This document shows positions 29,373-37,022 of a stretch of DNA of 41,020 nucleotides, piece after piece. Within the stretch, counting starts at the first letter, position 1. Each line of letters opens with the position of its first letter. The notes under the pieces were generated by a model, which saw only the letters and a program-made list of their open reading frames with translations, had not been told where the DNA came from and made no database searches. The stretch is from a virus (taxonomy: Duplodnaviria; Caudoviricetes). The position numbers and the translations under genes were made by a program. The stretch covers positions 1-41,020 of IMG/VR virus record IMGVR_UViG_3300032050_009126. One strand, written 5' to 3'.

Positions 29373-31229
29373 TTAGAAAATTATTTCTTCTCCGTTTTCG
29401 TTTTCGAAAGGCACCCACCCTTGCGATGCTTCTTGTCCTGATTCGGTTTTAAATGTCATATTTTTTTCATTCAAAAGTTTTTGCATAGGATCTGAACCAT
29501 TGAAAAAGAATCTTCTAGTTTTGAATAACATTTCAAATACAAAAAACCCTTTTTTACCAACTATTTTTTGTCTACGAATTTTTTTACTATGAAATTCGCA
29601 AGTTGGATTTTGAGGATCTGTTTGTCCAAATGGTCTATGATAAACTAAAATATTATCAAGTTTGTTATTCCATAATGCACCATCTGCAATGTCAAAAACA
29701 TCAGGACAAGGATAGTTCCCATCTGTTGCTTTTTGCATTTTAACCGGATGTGCAATTATCCAAAAGTAAACATTATTTGTTTGCGAAAATCTAGAAAATA
29801 AAGATAAAACCCATTCAAGATATTTATCCCTACCACCAAAATTTTGATAATTATTTGCTAACTGATTAAACGGATCAATATCAACGCCATCAACATTTTC
29901 CTTAACAATCAATTGCAAGAAAACTTCCATAATATACTGAGGAGTTGGTGTTACATTTTTAGGATAAACATAAAAAATGTGCTTACAAACAAAGTCGTAT
30001 GTGTATTCGTAAATTTGTCTTGAAGGCCTATTTGGATTTGCAGGGGTACAATCGCAACCAAGTAAAATTTCTACAAAATCGTGATAGTATTCTTCTGGTG
30101 GATTATCTTCTGGTGAGAAGGTGGCAAACTTTTCTCCATATAACAAAATTCGCATTGCCTGATACCATTTTTTCCAAGAAGATTTTCCATAATTACCTAT
30201 ACCCGTTAACACAGTTATCTCTCCCTTTTTTGGCTTAAAAGCAAAGTCCATTTCTTTTACATTTATACCACTTACCGCGGCATAACCTTGCTCATACAAA
30301 CCAAGTGCTTGCTCTTTTACATCAATTCCATAGATTACATCATTCAATCTTCCATCTTCGTCAATAACACCATTTTCTACTTTAACTTCTAACTTAGAAG
30401 TCTTATCAACTAAAATTTCTTTATCAAAAGATGCACTGCCAAACCTACCTTTATTTGTTCTATAAGCAGATGAAATAGCATTATCTGATTCTCTTTTTGT
30501 AAACTCTGAATTACTTAAAAATTCATTGTTAATCATAGAATTAGCCGTCAATTCATCAATACCATATCGACAACAAGCCGATGCTAGTTTAAAAATAAAG
30601 TTGTTTCTTTCGCCGGTTACAAATGCCTCGTTCTTGTTAGATAACCATGTTAAAAGTTTCTTAAAAATTTTGTCATCATCATCGGTTTTTTCATAAATTA
30701 CAATCTTTTCGGTCTTTTTTATAGTTTTAAAAACCTCTGCTTTTTCGTTAATGTAAATATCAGGATCGTAGCTTTCATAACAAACCCTGCTTGGGTTAAT
30801 ACCGCTTTTGTCAACATCTGGAAATATATCCTGCAAGGCCTGAAAGTGTTCTCTATGCTTACTGCCGTCTGCAATTTTAATCAAGGCCTTTAACCCATTA
30901 CCCGAAGGGCTAACCCAACAAGCGTAAACGAATTTATTGCTAATAATCTCGGTTTGGCGATCTCTTAGTTCAAAAATGTTGTCAAAATCCAAGACTATGT
31001 ACCCGCTATGTAGAATTAGGTCAGAATCCTTCCTTTCTGCACCAAATTTTCCAGAAAAACACACAGATGGCAAATTCTTCTTTAAATTGGCAGATTTTTC
31101 TTTATCGATAGTATTCCTTATCTCGGACACAGATAGGCGACTCTTGCCCTCCCTAATGCGGTTTAAACCATATTCTAGAGTTACATAGTTAGGCTCCTTT
31201 GAGTATATGTTCTTAAAAATCGTTATCAT
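29373..31229 (-). CDS. Primase-helicase fusion (BT4734/VirE-N + PriCT + SF4 helicase)
   Basis: LKKNLPSVCFSG, IVLDFD, WVSPSGNGLK, GERNNFIFKLA, TGIGNYGKS (Walker A), IDPFN, IIAHP. Confidence 0.82.
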   Translation of the reverse strand: MITIFKNIYSKEPNYVTLEYGLNRIREGKSRLSVSEIRNTIDKEKSANLKKNLPSVCFSGKFGAERKDSDLILHSGYIVLDFDNIFELRDRQTEIISNKFVYACWVSPSGNGLKALIKIADGSKHREHFQALQDIFPDVDKSGINPSRVCYESYDPDIYINEKAEVFKTIKKTEKIVIYEKTDDDDKIFKKLLTWLSNKNEAFVTGERNNFIFKLASACCRYGIDELTANSMINNEFLSNSEFTKRESDNAISSAYRTNKGRFGSASFDKEILVDKTSKLEVKVENGVIDEDGRLNDVIYGIDVKEQALGLYEQGYAAVSGINVKEMDFAFKPKKGEITVLTGIGNYGKSSWKKWYQAMRILLYGEKFATFSPEDNPPEEYYHDFVEILLGCDCTPANPNRPSRQIYEYTYDFVCKHIFYVYPKNVTPTPQYIMEVFLQLIVKENVDGVDIDPFNQLANNYQNFGGRDKYLEWVLSLFSRFSQTNNVYFWIIAHPVKMQKATDGNYPCPDVFDIADGALWNNKLDNILVYHRPFGQTDPQNPTCEFHSKKIRRQKIVGKKGFFVFEMLFKTRRFFFNGSDPMQKLLNEKNMTFKTESGQEASQGWVPFENENGEEIIF

Positions 31230-31237
31230 GAATTAAA

Positions 31238-31981
31238 TTATTGTTCAGAAATTGTTTTGTAGTTTTTTCTAGCCTCTGCAAGTCCTTTTGGTAGTATTTC
31301 TTCATTTTTTAAAACCGGAGCTTGTATTGTTTTTCTAGCCGCGTCTATGACCCATCTTTTAATCGTCAAGTAATCAGACTTTGTTTTGTAGCCCTTTTCA
31401 ATTTTGTAAGATGAAAGAAAATCATATACCCTAGCAATAAAATCAAAACCGTACTCTTGAAGTAGTTTTTCGTTTTCTTCTTCTAGCAAAGAAATGTTAT
31501 CTCTGTATTTTATCTTTTTATTTACTTTACTTTTATTTACTTTACTTTGCGGCATTTCTGCTTCAGAAACTCCGTTAGTTACGGTATTATTGTTAACAAA
31601 TTTACCGTTTATTCGTTGTTGTTTCTTACTATTATCCTTACTTTTACCTCTTTTTTCATACACTGGTTTCAATCTTTCGTCAAGTGATTCAGAGTGAATA
31701 AAGCCTTCATTTATGAATATCATCTCCAATTTGATGCAGTAATCAATCACATCCCGTATTTCTGTAGCAGAAACTCCGAAATCACCGGCCATTAATTCAA
31801 ATTCTACCTCTGAATATTCAAAAACATTGCCATCTATACCGGTTAAATACTCTAAAATCATAGACCAAATAGCATAACCAATTATCCCATATTTTGTACG
31901 AATAGCTTTTACCTTTCTATGGTTTCGCATATCCCTATCGTGAGGAAAGTAATCACAGTAATTCTTTATTGGGCGAGCCAT
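31238..31981 (-). CDS. DUF4373/Lin1244-like replication initiator
   Basis: MARPIKNYCDYFPHD..KVKAIRTKYGIIGYAIW..LE; QSKVNKSKVNK linker. Confidence 0.78.
   Translation of the reverse strand: MARPIKNYCDYFPHDRDMRNHRKVKAIRTKYGIIGYAIWSMILEYLTGIDGNVFEYSEVEFELMAGDFGVSATEIRDVIDYCIKLEMIFINEGFIHSESLDERLKPVYEKRGKSKDNSKKQQRINGKFVNNNTVTNGVSEAEMPQSKVNKSKVNKKIKYRDNISLLEEENEKLLQEYGFDFIARVYDFLSSYKIEKGYKTKSDYLTIKRWVIDAARKTIQAPVLKNEEILPKGLAEARKNYKTISEQ
31554..31778. repeat. Two 21-bp direct repeats ATTTCTG-NNN-CAGAAACTCCG inside the initiator gene
   Basis: Copies at 31554-31574 and 31758-31778, 18/21 identical, each containing the inverted repeat TTTCTG/CAGAAA. Confidence 0.7.
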
Positions 31982-31991
31982 TAGAATTTAT

Positions 31992-32186
31992 TTAATCGTT
32001 AATAAAATCGGTTTTCAAAGCATCATTAATCCTATTGATTTCAGGATTTGTAAAAAGAAGTTTACCCTGCATTTTGCGTGATAATTCCGATTCTGGTATT
32101 TTGGCATTTAATGAAAGCCAACGCTGCGTCCTACCATCTAATGCATGCTTTATTTTTTCATGCAATGGCTGTTTTAATTCTTCCAT
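31992..32186 (-). CDS. Cro/XRE-like HTH regulator
   Basis: GRTQRWLSLNAKIPESELSRKMQG..FT..EI. Confidence 0.75.
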   Translation of the reverse strand: MEELKQPLHEKIKHALDGRTQRWLSLNAKIPESELSRKMQGKLLFTNPEINRINDALKTDFIND

Positions 32187-32202
32187 AAATATATTTTTTT
32201 GC

Positions 32203-32290
32203 CAAAAGTAACCATAAAAATTAAAATTCCAAATATTTTTAATAATTTTTTAAAATAATTTTGTGTATTAATTTATTTAATTTAATTTTG
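32203..32290. promoter_or_regulatory. Divergent promoter pair
   Basis: TACTTTTG on minus (32203-32210) and TAATTTTG on plus (32283-32290) flanking an AT-rich gap. Confidence 0.6.
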
Positions 32291-32294
32291 ATTT

Positions 32295-32468
32295 ATGGAA
32301 AACAAAGAATTAATCTATGAATTAGCCAAAAAACTTGATATGGTAATAGAGGTACACAAGAAGGGGATATATCAAGGGAAATATAGATTTATAGGCAATA
32401 AATTACATAAACTAAAAGAAAAACCAGAAAATGTCCCACAAAGAACAAGCGGTAGAGATTTACACTAA
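32295..32468 (+). CDS. Small hypothetical protein (57 aa; not in ORF track)
   Basis: MENKELIYELAKKLDMVIEVHKKGIYQGKYRFIG...; directly after a -7 element. Confidence 0.6.
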   Translation: MENKELIYELAKKLDMVIEVHKKGIYQGKYRFIGNKLHKLKEKPENVPQRTSGRDLH

Positions 32469-32688
32469 GTTTTTTTTAAAACTTAAAAATATATCTTTTG
32501 AAGAAAGAATAGAAAAAGCAAAAATAGAATCAATTAAATATTCTGAAGATAAATTGAATAAATGCAAAGAACCAGAAAATTTTTCATACTGGGAATATGT
32601 AAAAGGTTATATTGAAAAAATAGATGTAAAATATAATAAACAAAATGAGAAACTCAACAATAATTGTAAAAAAGAAACGATGCATTAA
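32431..32688 (+). CDS. Hypothetical protein
   Basis: MSHKEQAVEIY...YWEYVKGYIEK, resembling small Bacteroidota phage proteins. Confidence 0.6.
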   Translation: MSHKEQAVEIYTKFFLKLKNISFEERIEKAKIESIKYSEDKLNKCKEPENFSYWEYVKGYIEKIDVKYNKQNEKLNNNCKKETMH

Positions 32689-33193
32689 TTGCGGTAAAAT
32701 TGATTACCATTTTTCAAAAAAAATGTGTAAGCAATGCGCTACAATACACAGCACACAAAGAAGAATGGATGCACATGAAGAAGAAGATTTTGAAAGTTTT
32801 AAAAATTTAACTGAAGATCTTGATCATGTATTTAGTCAATATATTAGATGCAAATATGCAGATAAAGAAGGAATGGTTGAGTGTTTTACTTCAGGTAAAA
32901 AATATCATTGGACTAAAATTCAAAATGGGCATTTTATTCCAAGAGCAAATTTAGGAACCAGATGGCTAGAACAAAACTGCCGCCCACAATCTGAAAATGA
33001 TAATGTCTTTTTATCAGGCAATTTGGAGGTATATGCTAGAAGATTAGACGAAGAAAGAGCTGGCACGGTTGAATATCTACAAGAGCTGGCTAGGCAGGTT
33101 GCAAAACCAACAAAAGATGAATTAAAAAGCCTAATTATTGAATATAGGGCTAAATTAGACTTGGTTAAAAAGAAATTTGTAAAAATAATTTAA
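32645..33193 (+). CDS. ninG: NinG/Rap-like recombination endonuclease
   Basis: LDHVFSQYIR, CFTSG, QNGHFIPR..TRWLEQNCRPQ; extra N-terminal CxxC..CxxC. Confidence 0.8.
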   Translation: MRNSTIIVKKKRCINCGKIDYHFSKKMCKQCATIHSTQRRMDAHEEEDFESFKNLTEDLDHVFSQYIRCKYADKEGMVECFTSGKKYHWTKIQNGHFIPRANLGTRWLEQNCRPQSENDNVFLSGNLEVYARRLDEERAGTVEYLQELARQVAKPTKDELKSLIIEYRAKLDLVKKKFVKII

Positions 33194-33212
33194 AAAACAC
33201 ATAATTTTACAT

Positions 33213-33276
33213 AGTTCCGTGTTTTTTTTGGTTAGATTTTAGTTGAAGCCCCTGTTATTTTTAACGGGGGTTTTTT
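33213..33276 (+). ncRNA. Candidate sRNA 1
   Basis: TAATTTTA at 33202-33209, then ~60 nt without an ORF ending in the GCCCCTGTTA-tttt-TAACGGGGGT-T5 terminator; 15-nt complement to 36653-36667. Confidence 0.5.
33248..33276 (+). terminator. Intrinsic terminator
   Basis: 10-bp stem with G-U pairs followed by a U tract. Confidence 0.85.
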
Positions 33277-33301
33277 GTAGTTTTAGTCTTAATTTTGAGA
33301 T

Positions 33302-33922
33302 ATGAGATACAATATCCCTGAAGAATATAAACCTTTTATAACATCAGTAAAAAGACAGTGTAAGAAATATGGGATAGAATTAATTTTATCGCCATCAAAG
33401 CGCGTAGTGCTAACAGATGATTATTTACAAGAATGTAGTGGGTATTTTTGTGATACAGACAAAGCTCTTGTGGTTGCTTGTGGAAAACCTTTTGAAGAAT
33501 GGTTTGAAATACTTATCCATGAATTTTCGCACATGGAACAATGGAAATCTGATGAAAGGTGGAATGTATGGAATGATAATACAGGTAAAACATGGGATTG
33601 GTTAGCAGGTAATATTATGCTTAATAAAACACAAGTGCTTAACATGCTTGACTCTATGGTTGAGTTAGAAAAAGATTGTGAAATGAGGGCTATTGAAAAA
33701 ATAAAGAAATGGGGACTGCCGGTTAATTTAACTAGATATGTAAAAAAAGCAAATGTTTATTTATACAGCTATCACATGATGCCTATTCTTAAAAGGTTTC
33801 CTACTGGGATATATAGTGATAAAACTTTAATAGAAATGGCTCCCAAAAGTTTTAAAAAAACATATAGAAATGTTCCTAAAGATATGTCTGAATATATAAT
33901 ATTAAATTATTCTAAAAAATAA
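33302..33922 (+). CDS. Zincin-like (HExxH) metallopeptidase-fold protein
   Basis: ILIHEFSHMEQW..ELEKDCE; own TAATTTTG element at 33290-33297. Confidence 0.6.
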   Translation: MRYNIPEEYKPFITSVKRQCKKYGIELILSPSKRVVLTDDYLQECSGYFCDTDKALVVACGKPFEEWFEILIHEFSHMEQWKSDERWNVWNDNTGKTWDWLAGNIMLNKTQVLNMLDSMVELEKDCEMRAIEKIKKWGLPVNLTRYVKKANVYLYSYHMMPILKRFPTGIYSDKTLIEMAPKSFKKTYRNVPKDMSEYIILNYSKK

Positions 33923-34894
33923 TTATAAAATTTTATTATTGATAATTCTTTTATTTAGAACTTCAAACTCTCCATTTTTTTCTACTAAAATATGTGCGAA
34001 TCCTACATTGTGTTTTGTATTGTGTGGATCATAGTCCGGAGCTAATGTGCAAAGGCATCCTACACTCCAGCAGCTAATTTGTTCTTCTTTTATATTTGTT
34101 TCAGAATGATTTGATGTAGAATGAACGTGGCCAATAATCATTGAACTTTTAGATCTCATAAATACGCCTCTTGCAGCGTTTACGGGTGCCATAAATCCTC
34201 TCACAATTGTATGTCCATGTAACATATGCAGCTTGCCCGCGCGAACCACTACATGTTGTTCATAAAATTCTATGTTATATTTTTTTAAATCAAGTCTTTG
34301 TGGCAATCTGTAATATTCATCATTAAAAAATACAGGTGCTTTTTTCATTAAATATCTTACATACCAATTATCATGATTTCCTTCTAGCCAAACTATATGC
34401 GCTTTTGGAAATTTTGTTCTTAAATGCGAAAGAAATATTTCACAATATTCAAACCACTCAACTACATCATCTTTTCCCGGAGGCGGTGCATCATGACTTG
34501 TAAACGGGGTGTTGTCTAAAATATCTCCTCCCAATACAATACAATTAATTTTATTCTTAACTCCATACTCAATGGCTAACTTAATAGCATCGTTGTTTTG
34601 ATTTGGAATGTGAATATCTGATAGCCAAAGAATATTATTAGAACTTGTTGGTAAATCTACAAATGCTCTGTTTTGCATTTTAGATGGAGGCAAATCCGGG
34701 GTGTGTGTAATTTTTATATGTTTACTTGACTTTATTCCACAAGCACTTGAAACTGTCCTTATTGCAGTCCTTGCGTGTTCTACACTGTTAAAAATATGTT
34801 CATGATCATTGTAAAGTTTAGCTGCAATTGAATGTTTGCTAATAGACGGGAATTTTGCTAAATACTCGGCTGCTAGTTGCTGTTTTTGTGTCAT
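33923..34894 (-). CDS. Calcineurin-like metallophosphoesterase
   Basis: SDIH, GGDILD, EGNHD, HGH, GHVH motifs. Confidence 0.9.
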   Translation of the reverse strand: MTQKQQLAAEYLAKFPSISKHSIAAKLYNDHEHIFNSVEHARTAIRTVSSACGIKSSKHIKITHTPDLPPSKMQNRAFVDLPTSSNNILWLSDIHIPNQNNDAIKLAIEYGVKNKINCIVLGGDILDNTPFTSHDAPPPGKDDVVEWFEYCEIFLSHLRTKFPKAHIVWLEGNHDNWYVRYLMKKAPVFFNDEYYRLPQRLDLKKYNIEFYEQHVVVRAGKLHMLHGHTIVRGFMAPVNAARGVFMRSKSSMIIGHVHSTSNHSETNIKEEQISCWSVGCLCTLAPDYDPHNTKHNVGFAHILVEKNGEFEVLNKRIINNKIL

Positions 34895-34967
34895 TAAAAC
34901 ATTTTAATATAAAATTAACAAATTAAATTGCTTTATTGAAAATAAATATCAAAATATTAACATTAAA

Positions 34968-35129
34968 TTAATTTTTACCTCTAAAACCAATTATTACGCC
35001 CCAATATCCCCATCTAACTGAAATCCCCATGTAATTTGAATTTTTTGATCTTATAAAAGACAAAGATGGAATTAAAAAAAACTCATTTGAATATTTACTT
35101 GAATGAAAATCATTGAAAAAACTAAACAT
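34968..35129 (-). CDS. Small hydrophobic hypothetical protein (53 aa; not in ORF track)
   Basis: MFSFFNDFHSSKYSNEFFLIPSLSFIRSKNSNYMGISVRWGYWGVIIGFRGKN; start overlaps the end of the upstream HTH gene. Confidence 0.55.
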   Translation of the reverse strand: MFSFFNDFHSSKYSNEFFLIPSLSFIRSKNSNYMGISVRWGYWGVIIGFRGKN

Positions 35130-35376
35130 AACCATATTTTTTTAAAATTTTAGATAATACTGCTTCTTGTTTTGGCGAAATAAGCCCCATTTTAAGACTT
35201 TTATCAAAATTTGACCTATTGATGCCCGCTTCCCTGCAAAGTGCCGAAATATTGATTAATTCATGGGTTTTTAACCAATCTACCAAACTATCCGCTTTGG
35301 CAATTTCTTGTTTTGGCGACACATCAATTTTTACACTACCGCCAACTTCTTTTTTGTATAAAATCTCTCTTGACAT
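35122..35376 (-). CDS. HTH DNA-binding protein
   Basis: INISALCREAGINRSNFDKSL; ATG at 35376 preferred over the track's alternative start. Confidence 0.7.
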   Translation of the reverse strand: MSREILYKKEVGGSVKIDVSPKQEIAKADSLVDWLKTHELINISALCREAGINRSNFDKSLKMGLISPKQEAVLSKILKKYGYV

Positions 35377-35381
35377 ATCTA

Positions 35382-35442
35382 TACCATTTTTTTGGTACCA
35401 CAAATATAGTATAAATAAAATATTGGTACCAAATATTTGGTA
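35382..35442 (-). promoter_or_regulatory. Promoter TATATTTG (35401-35408) flanked by two TACCA-N6-TGGTA operator-like palindromes
   Basis: TACCATTTTTTTGGTA at 35382-35397 and the perfect palindrome TACCAAATATTTGGTA at 35427-35442. Confidence 0.6.
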
Positions 35443-35460
35443 TGTTTTTTTATATTATTA

Positions 35461-35696
35461 CCTATATCCCCTCTCTTAATCCATACCCAAACATCCCCTA
35501 ACCACATACATACAACTGCCTGACCTGACCACATTGCAACCACTAAACCACCCTACAACCCATATACATCAAGCAATTGCCCGTACCCATAACCAAAACC
35601 CAAAACCAAAAACCGAACCCCCATACCACCACTTTGCCCGTTCCCCCTTGCGGTCGACCACACCCTATATCGTAACGTTACCCTCCCTCCCTCCAA
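35461..35696. other. C/A-rich, G-poor strand-asymmetric non-coding tract
   Basis: AACCAAAACCCAAAACCAAAAACC and CCCTCCCTCCCTCC; composition differs sharply from the flanks. Confidence 0.75.
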
Positions 35697-35748
35697 GTGT
35701 CTGAGTTTTTAAATTTTTCGCTTACGCGAGTTATTATAGATATGGCTG

Positions 35749-36029
35749 GTCTGGATAATTTGACTTATATGGGACAAATATGTGTCAAAAAGTGCGTTTT
35801 ATGACACATTATCGTATGAATAAATGTTACTTTAATACATAAAAGTATAACAAGTGTAAGTCTATTATAACTTAAACTTGTTTAATTTTTTTGATAATTA
35901 AGTAGTATTACTACCGATTATGTCAAGTTATAACCTTACTTTATTACATAAAATGTAAAGTTTATTTGCATGAATTATTGGAAAATTTCATGCAGATTAT
36001 GTCCAGTTTTTTATATAATTTACTCGACA
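35749..36029. repeat. Array of about ten different back-to-back imperfect palindromes
   Basis: Examples: ATGTGTCA..TGACACAT, CAAGTGTAAGT..ACTTAAACTTG, GTAGTA-T-TACTAC, TTACAT..ATGTAA, TGCATGAA..TTCATGCA, TGTCCAGT..ACTCGACA. Confidence 0.75.
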
Positions 36030-36061
36030 AAAAAACCCGGCCGCCTAAAAAGGTACCGGGT
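36029..36061 (-). terminator. Intrinsic terminator
   Basis: GC-rich stem ACCCGGTACCT-tttt-AGGCGGCCGGGT followed by a T tract on minus. Confidence 0.82.
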
Positions 36062-36091
36062 GGATCAGTTGTCCGTACTAAACCATTAACA
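36029..36091 (-). ncRNA. Candidate sRNA 2
   Basis: Consensus TATCTTTG at 36095-36102 (minus), then ~60 nt without a credible ORF ending in the ACCCGG..CCGGGT-U6 terminator. Confidence 0.55.
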
Positions 36092-36149
36092 TGGCAAAGA
36101 TAGTAGAAAAAAAATATTAAATTTATTTTTTTAATTAAATAATTTAATT

Positions 36150-36157
36150 TAACTTTG
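36150..36157 (+). promoter_or_regulatory. -7 promoter element TAACTTTG for the tad2-exonuclease operon
   Basis: TAnnTTTG ending 18 nt before the ATG at 36175. Confidence 0.62.
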
Positions 36158-36174
36158 GTTTAAAATTAAAAATT

Positions 36175-36447
36175 ATGGAAAATAATGTAATTGAAACAGT
36201 AGATTTTGGAAAAGCTATTGAGTTTTTAAAAAAAGGATACACCGCAGCTAGATTAGGATGGAATGGCAAAGGTATTTTTATTGAATTGCAAGTTCCAGAT
36301 GAACACAGTAAGATGACAAGCCCGTATATTTTTATTGATACAACGGGATTACAAACAGACAATCCGGATGCTCCTAAAAGCAGAGTGCCATGGTTGGCAT
36401 CTCAAACAGATATGCTTGCGGAAGATTGGATTATAAAATCAAAATAA
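36175..36447 (+). CDS. tad2: DUF2829 / Thoeris anti-defence 2 (Tad2)-like sponge protein
   Basis: DFGKAIEFLKKG..AARLGWNGKGIFI..PYIFI..VPWLASQTDMLAEDW, the characteristic DUF2829 signature. Confidence 0.85.
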   Translation: MENNVIETVDFGKAIEFLKKGYTAARLGWNGKGIFIELQVPDEHSKMTSPYIFIDTTGLQTDNPDAPKSRVPWLASQTDMLAEDWIIKSK

Positions 36448-36449
36448 AA

Positions 36450-36647
36450 ATGGCAAGACTACCAAATCCAGATTCAGTTGCCAGTAAGACCGGTTTACTA
36501 GAAGTGGATAAAACAATTTCCTTTAATAACCCGGTTAAATCGGTGGCCGTAATGATATCCCATCTTAAAAAAACACAGGAACATCAAGCTAAGATCTTCA
36601 AAATTAAGCACACCAATGGAATCACTCATGTAACTAGGGTTAAATAA
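36450..36647 (+). CDS. Small hypothetical protein
   Basis: ATG at 36450 just after the tad2 stop; MARLPNPDSVASK...VTRVK. Confidence 0.65.
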   Translation: MARLPNPDSVASKTGLLEVDKTISFNNPVKSVAVMISHLKKTQEHQAKIFKIKHTNGITHVTRVK

Positions 36648-36665
36648 TTAAAGGCTTCAACTAAA

Positions 36666-37022
36666 ATGGAAATCAGAACAATTAACTATCAAAAAACATT
36701 CAATCTTGGCAATTACCAATCAGAAAGAATTGGTGTCGAGATTGTATTGGAGCAAGGTGAAAGCGCAAATAAGGCCATTGATCTCGCAAAACAATTCGTA
36801 GAGGAGTGCCATCTTACCAATCAAAAAGTTCAGGCTTTGCAACATGAAGAAGAACCAGTAGAATTGATTAAGACACAATCTCCTCAAACGCTGATTGAGA
36901 GAACAATGAGCTTTATTGACGCTTGTAAAAACGAAGGCGAACTAAAGGCTTTTGAATTTATGTCCAAAAACAAACCAGAACTAAAAATGTATTACGACAA
37001 AAAACTAAAATCTTTCAAGTGA
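36666..37022 (+). CDS. Hypothetical protein, possibly recombination-associated
   Basis: YQKTFNLGNYQSERIGVE motif common in phage proteins; coupled to the exonuclease gene. Confidence 0.7.
   Translation: MEIRTINYQKTFNLGNYQSERIGVEIVLEQGESANKAIDLAKQFVEECHLTNQKVQALQHEEEPVELIKTQSPQTLIERTMSFIDACKNEGELKAFEFMSKNKPELKMYYDKKLKSFK

Noticed and set aside
9-31697. Plus-strand ORFs in the track within the leftward arm (e.g. 9-206, 13812-14156, 14985-15533)
   Set aside because: Antisense shadows of long minus-strand genes, with Ser/Phe/Leu-rich composition and no motifs
31992-32294. Lysis-lysogeny switch implying a temperate phage
   Set aside because: A Cro-like gene and divergent promoters exist, but no CI-like repressor or integrase is in the window
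35749-36029. CRISPR or mini-CRISPR interpretation of the palindrome array
   Set aside because: No repeated unit separating spacers; every element differs
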